DNA of 64,000 nucleotides from Eledone cirrhosa. Taxonomy: Eukaryota. Where the stretch lies: NCBI GenBank assembly GCA_964016885.1, contig OZ024758.1, positions 2,604,001 through 2,668,000 of the forward strand, written 5' to 3'. Positions within the stretch are counted from its first letter, which is position 1, and each line of letters starts with the position of its first letter. Positions 57,411-64,000 of the stretch are shown here, one piece after another. A program made the position numbers and the translations under genes. The notes beneath the pieces were generated by a model. It saw only the letters and a list, made by a program, of their open reading frames with translations, did no database searches and had not been told where the DNA came from.

Positions 57411-57524
57411 CCCGGACTCGAGTTTCGGCCACCATACTTAATGCAGCAGTAGGGTGCACTGCACCCTCTGTCTGCATATATTATGCAACAATGCATAATC
57501 AGCGTATGTGGCTTCATCAGCGGA
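57411..57524 (-). ncRNA. Type I hammerhead ribozyme with extended branched stem II
   Basis: Minus strand TCCG-CTGATGA-A-GCCAC...GTGGC-C-GAAA-CTCGAG-TC-CGGG; palindromic loop III. Confidence 0.75.
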
Positions 57525-57744
57525 TATCGCCTAATCAATAACCAATCGATCGACAGAATCCAAACCCCAGCCCATGCCGGCTATGACTGTTTGTGACGTG
57601 CGTGTAAAATGAACAAACGTTGTATCATGTCAATGAAATCTGTCAGTTTGTGTGCAATTAGTCATTTAGTTGTTTTAATGAGTTTATGTCAATTGTAAAA
57701 CCTATTCTGTTTTATGTTTATATATATTTGGATTGTGTTATTGA

Positions 57745-58105
57745 TACTGTTGTTGTTGTTGTTGATTGTTGTGGTGGGGTGTGTTTTGTTGTTGGTGGTA
57801 GTGTTGGTGTTGGTGCTATTTTGTGTGGTGTTGTTGCTGGTGCTGGTTGTGGTGGTGGCGGTGTTGGTGGTGATGTTGGTGGTGTTGGAGGCGGTGTTGC
57901 TGATGGGGGGGTTAATGGTGGTGGTGCTGCTGGTGGCGGGGCTGGTGGTGGTGGTATTGGTGTTGGTGGTGTTGGTGATGGGGCTGGTGGGTGGAGGTGG
58001 TGCTGCTGGTGTTATGTTGACTGTTGTGGTGGTTGGGTGTGGTGCTGTTGGTGAGGCGGGTCATGTTGGTGGAGAAGCAGATGCTGGTGGGGGGTTGTGT
58101 TGTTG
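57745..58105. repeat. Degenerate (GGT/GTT/GCT)n repeat
   Basis: Directly visible. Confidence 0.85.
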
Positions 58106-58334
58106 CTCTATGTGTTATTGCTATAGCTGTTATATATTGTCATACCACTGATTGGTTTATGTAAAGAGAAAACCCTTAATTGTGATCGGAGTACCGCAGG
58201 GAATGTGTTGATAACTTGAAAGTCTTGTAGACATATTACGGATTAATTACCCAGAAAGAAAATTAAATATTTACTTGTCGCTCTTACCGCCACCTTACGG
58301 CAGAACTATAACTACAACGAGAGAATAAGTAGCG

Positions 58335-58379
<45 letters not shown>

Positions 58380-58613
58380 ATAAGTAGCGATTATATATAT
58401 ATATATATTTATTAAAATAACAGATTAAAGTTTAAGCAAAGAATCGCTGCTTTCACCCTTAGCGGGATCTTCTCTCTCCATCTGTCTATCTATCTATCTA
58501 TTCATCTACCTATCTATCTATCTATCTATCTATGTATCTGTCTATCTATCTATCTATCTGTCTACCTTTCTATCTATCTTTCTATGTATCTGTCTATCTT
58601 TCTATCTATCTAG

Positions 58614-58859
58614 CTGTTAAAAATCATGAAGGACATGGCATACTTTAGCTTTACTCTGAAGATAAATACGTCGACGTTTACCAGAAGAAATGAAATAATG
58701 TTATATACAGATTCTTCTGATGTACACGGCGTTATATACACCAGGTTTCCACCAACAGGGACGGTATTAGGAGTATGCAACTGCAGGGACTTCAAGTCCT
58801 TATACAGGGAAATAAGGCAATATTTTAGCGCACAGTCCTCAAAATATGGCACCATTGAG
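58614..58859 (+). CDS. Candidate internal coding exon of an unidentified host gene
   Basis: Pyrimidine-rich tract + TAG acceptor, 246 nt (phase 0/0) open in one frame only, donor GAG|GTAACA; non-repetitive peptide. Confidence 0.45.
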
Positions 58860-59185
58860 GTAACAAAAATTAATTACGTAAAATAATTAATTGATGAGTT
58901 GAGATTTAACTGTTAGTGAGATCATTGTTAATTCTTACACGATGAATAAAATTAGTACCAGTAATACACGTTGGGTGGATTCAATCGATTATACGTCCCC
59001 CCAACAATAATTGACTTTGTGCCAAGTGAAAACAAATCAAATTTGTTTTTTGTTTTGCTTTTAACGTTTGTTGTATTCATATCTGCTATGAAATATTTTC
59101 AGTCGAAATATTGCTTTTCATCTATTGTGTGTGAGTGTCTGTATATATATATATATATATATATGGATTTGTATACATCGTTATA

Positions 59186-59230
<45 letters not shown>

Positions 59231-59254
59231 ATACATCGTTATATGTGTGTATGC

Positions 59255-59302
<48 letters not shown>

Positions 59303-59613
59303 TTGTATATATCGTTATATGTGTGTGTATATATATATATATGTGTGTATACATCGTTATATGTGTGTGTATATATATGTGTGTATACATCGTTATGTGT
59401 GTGTATATATATCTATATATACATATCTTTGTATATATCGTTATTTAGTAATCTAGGCTTATGTAAATGTGTGTATATATATGTGTGTGCGTGTGTCTGT
59501 GAGTGTGTGTGTATTTGAGGGTCTGTGTGTATATGTGTATATTTGAGTGTGTGTATGTATATATACATGTCTTTGTATACAACGCACTTTAGTAATCTAG
59601 GTTTATGTAAATG

Positions 59614-59651
<38 letters not shown>

Positions 59652-59932
59652 GCGCGACGGGCGTATATGTGTGTGTGTGTGTGTGTATAAAATATATGTA
59701 GGTTATTATTGCTGCCGTTACTGAGTTATTTTTTTGTGACGACGATGACGAAGATGATGATGTTGATGATTATGATGATGATGATAATGATGATAACTCC
59801 GACAAGTGAGGATGCTGCTACTCCTACTGCTGCTGTAAACATCTTTATTGAACAGCTTTATGATAAATATTGAATTGTGATAGATTTTTCAGATAACGTA
59901 GAGTTTCATATTTTCAGATTAATGTAGAGTCT

Positions 59933-60467
59933 TGACATAGTTGTATATAGTTGTGAATAGTATTGTAGTGGAATATAGTAGTTTTTTAGTGGTTTGTCTG
60001 TTTGTCTCTCTGTCTGTATGTCTGTCTGTATGTCTGTCTATTTTGACATAGTTGTATATAGTTGTGAATAGTATTGTAGTGGAATATAGTAGTTTTTTAG
60101 TGGTTTGTCTGTTTGTCTCTCTGTCTGTATGTCTGTCTATTTTGACATAGTTGTATATAGTTGTGAATAGTATTGTAGTGGAATATAGTAGTTTTTTAGT
60201 GGTTTGTCTGTTTGTCTCTCTGTCTGTATGTCTGTCTATTTTGACATAGTTGTATATAGTTCTGAATAGTATTGTAGTGGAATATAGTAGTTTTTTAGTG
60301 GTTTGTCTGTTTGTCTCTCTGTCTGTATGTCTGTCTATTTTGACATAGTTGTATATAGTTCTGAATAGTATTGTAGTGGAATATAGTAGTTTTTTAGTGG
60401 TTTGTCTGTTTGTGTCTCTGTGTGTCTCTCTGTCTGTTTTGACATAGTTGTATATAGTTCTGAATAG
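59933..60467. repeat. 99-bp minisatellite, ~5.3 copies
   Basis: TTGACATAGTTGTATATAG at 59933, 60043, 60142, 60241, 60340, 60439. Confidence 0.93.
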
Positions 60468-60882
60468 TCGAATGACGTCGAGTACATGTTTAGTAGTGGA
60501 GTGTAGTAGTTTTACTGGTCTGTCTGTCTATCTATCTATTTATCTGTCTGACTGTCTATCTCCCTACCTGTCTGTCTGTCTGTCTGCCAGTAACCCTAAC
60601 CCTAACTCTAACTCATACAAATTGAAAACTGTGGTTAAGGGACAAAGCCACAAAAGCCACCACAACAACGAAAATACAATCAGGTTATATGAGACCCCAG
60701 TATTGGTTAGCTTGACACCTTATTTATGGCCCTGCATGGACTTTGGTGGGACTTGAAATTAGAGCACATTGAACCGCATGAAATACCGAGACATTTTTGA
60801 TTCGACACTAAAAACTCTGTCAAGTTGCCTTATATAGTGAGAGTGTAAGAGAGTATGGAAGTCAGTATAATATTGCCTATAT

Positions 60883-60917
<35 letters not shown>

Positions 60918-62209
60918 TAGAGATAGAGATAGAGATAGAGATAGAGATAGAGAGAGAGAGAGTGAAAGAGAGTGTAAGATTAAGTGAGAGATATAGATCT
61001 ATTAGGAATGATGTTAAAGGAATACCAATATTTTCTATAATTCATAGTTTCTCCGACTTTCACGTCTAGAATGAAATTAAACAATACTATCTATATTAAT
61101 ATAAATATTGAATTTATATTAAAACTGAACGTTTATCTTTCGTTTGTGAATTTAAATATCTTTAAATTCTAACTTATGCTCTTTGAAAACTACTTCCTAT
61201 AATTCAACAAACAAAAAGAAAAAAAAATGGCTGCAATCAATACATTTCAATGATGATACAATGGAAAATTAAGTTGGGTTTGTGTGTATTTGTGTAAGTG
61301 TTTGTATAAACCTGTTTGAGTGTATTCATATATAGTTGTTTGTGAGTAGAAGATTACAAGAGCAGTGGTGCTTGTGATAACAGAATTCTTATTCAAGCAA
61401 CTTAAAACAAAGAATGGTATTATCGGCTGTTCGCTTTTGGAAACATTGAATGAAGCAATAAAGAAAACAATTCTATAATGTTGAAAATAACAGCAGGACA
61501 CGAGGCAAACATTTATATTTCGAAAATTCATTACAAACAAATATCAAGTTTAATTCACTATTTTCCTTCAATTGTGGATTGTGTTTATTTAGTACCATTG
61601 TCTTTCCAAGATAAATATTTCCTTCTCTTATGTTTTTTATATATTATTTTGCTTTCTTTATTGATGTTGGAACTAATTCTGTTTCTGTTATCTTAAGATA
61701 AAAGGAGAAAATATAAATGGATGTTAATGAAAGAGTATAAACTACATACTGTATTCTCTAATGAAAACTATCATTCATTGATACAGAGAAAGCGATACTG
61801 TATTAGATAATAATATTTATAATTGCTTTGACATGTTTCTGATAATCTTTCGTTTTGTATACACTGAGAAATAAATAAGAAAGTGTAATCAGAAATATTT
61901 ATAACATTGAAGCTGTTTAGATTATCGCATAAGTATGTATCTATTAATTTTTTATGTATCTTGTCAACCCAAATTATATGAAGGAAAATAAAAAAAAAAG
62001 ATTGTCTTGCATGCGTAAACATTCGTATTAAATAACTTTTATAATTCTAGCCATCGCAATCTTTACTATTTCAATTTAGTCTTGTATCTCTATCCAACAG
62101 CTAGACAATGTTTAGATAGACGCACAAAATACAGAATAAACGAGGACGAAATTATTTTCTCAGGGAGGCAATAAAACCTGCGATTTTCTTTAGCCCTGTT
62201 TGTCTAAAG

Positions 62210-62524
62210 TATGGGTGTGCAACATATTCCATTGGCGGGCCACTTTTGAACATAGGAACAGCTATTAGGGTCATTAATATTTATTAAGCACTATTCCAAA
62301 GATTCACCACAACTTCTTTCTATAACATGGAACTGGGAAATTATAACACACATAACCCTATCATTGAAGCCTTTTAAGTCAACTAACAGAAAATTGTAGT
62401 ACGGTTAGGAAAAAGATTCTAAATAAGCCTACAAGGTGAAAATTAAAAAACAGTCATGACAGGCCACACTGTCTGGCCTGGTGGGCCGGATTGTGGCCCG
62501 TGGGCCGCCTGTTGCAAGCCCCTG
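62210..62524. mobile_element. hAT-type MITE
   Basis: Degenerate TIRs TATGGGTGTGCAAC / GTTGCAAGCCCCTG, subterminal GGCCCGTGGGCC, 8-bp TSD GTCTAAAG / GTTTAAAG. Confidence 0.75.
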
Positions 62525-62651
62525 GTTTAAAGGGATTGCATTTATACCTGTATTTTGATCTATATATACAAATATCCTTCCATTTTTAAGAGGGTATTCA
62601 AGAGTAATTTTAAGGCGATCTTGCTGATATTTCTAGAGAGCCGAGTGAGAC

Positions 62652-62758
62652 CATTGAATATAAAAATACACAGATTCATTGAATATAAAAATACACAGAT
62701 TCATTGAATATAAAAATACACAGATTCATTGAATATAAAAATACACAGATTCATTGAA
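62652..62758. repeat. 25-bp tandem repeat x4
   Basis: CATTGAATATAAAAATACACAGATT. Confidence 0.92.
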
Positions 62759-64000
62759 GAAATGAAATGTTTCTGTGAAACATTCCTGCATTGTGATATC
62801 AGGGGAGACAATTCAGTCTAATATATCCGCCAAGATCAGATAGTTGTATATCTGGCTGACACGTTATAACTGATTTTATATATTAACACACAGACACACA
62901 CACACACACACGCCCACCCACATACCCACACACAGATGCACACATGCACACACATATGTATGTATGTATGTTGTCTTATAACCCCAGGCCTAATCTGATT
63001 GTGTGTATACGTATGTTGGTGTCTGTGTGCTGGTGTGTGGTGTGTTTGTGTGTTGGTGTGTGTGTATACGTATGTTGGTGTGTGTGTGTATATGAATTTT
63101 GGAGTGTGTGTGTGTTGGTGTGTGTGTGTATGTTGGTGTGTGTGTATATATACGTATGTCGGTGTATGGTGTGTGTTTGCGTATACGTATGTTGATGTGT
63201 CTGCGTGTGTTGGTGTGTTTTGGTGTGTGTGTATGTCTGTCTGTTTCCTTTTCTGTACTTTATTCAAAGATAGGTATTTACCGACACGTCCATGTCTAGT
63301 ATATTGTAATCTAGCTTGTCTTGTAGTGTTTATTGATTAGTAATCTTTTCCTTCTCAGTCGTGTCAAGTGGAAAACTAACAATTTGTGTCCATCAAATAA
63401 TTGTGTAATAAAACTTTATGTAAAACTGAATTGTAAAACGAACGATTCAATCGAATTTCATTCCTTATTTTTCAATGTACTAGTAGCAGACTTTTATGCA
63501 GATTTACTGTAATAACAGACTTCTAGTTTAAAGTGGAGAGTTTCTAGGTTATGTTAACCAGACAGTCTTTGCTTGAAGTATTAGAAGTCAGCTAAGGAAA
63601 TTGCATAATTAGTATGTTAAATCTAACGATTGAAAGGAATAGCAAAGATAGATATTAAACTCTAAGCGTAAGTACTGTTTGAAACTATAAAATTAGTTCC
63701 AAATTGCAATAATGCAGAGCAGAGTGGTATTTATATAAGGTTGTTTTCTGATAGTTTAATGAACTTTGCAACAAACTAAAATAAACAGAATTTTCTAAGA
63801 GCCGGTGATTTTACCAGCGAAAATAACATCTCATCAAGGAATGAAAGCTACGTCGAACATCATTAGTGCGGACTTGAAACATATTTTTTTTTTTAACGAT
63901 TTTTTATCTCCTACTTACCATTTCTGTGATGTCGAACAAATTGTTGTCTCTAAACCCATTTAGATGTGACTTATTTCCTTATATTGGGTACAACATCAAC

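Noticed and set aside
60591-60612. Telomere-like TAACCC repeats (also TAGGGTTAGGG at ~48216)
   Set aside because: Only 2-3 units; too short to call an interstitial telomere

Overview
AT-rich, microsatellite-saturated eukaryotic DNA with no complete host gene. The SINE family and repeat landscape look cephalopod (octopus-like), which is an inference from remembered repeats. The main feature is an apparently full-length, intact CR1-group LINE (~8096-13101, +). Its ORF1 has an unusual Myb/SANT-like + polyQ + 2x CCCH architecture. Its APE-RT ORF2 has no AUG ahead of the endonuclease domain, lies in the -1 frame, and overlaps ORF1 across two correctly phased canonical slippery heptamers (U UUU UUA, A AAA AAC), suggesting programmed -1 frameshifting. 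The window also holds a 5'-truncated Penelope (GIY-YIG) insertion between 270-bp inverted pLTRs and a dispersed set of type I hammerhead ribozyme motifs, one with a large branched stem II. Other content: 3' remnants of RTE, R4/Dong and CRE-like retroelements, about 20 copies of a tRNA-derived SINE, piggyBac- and hAT-type MITEs, two foldback palindromes, several minisatellites and one plausible isolated coding exon. Nearly all other ORFs in the track are microsatellite artefacts.
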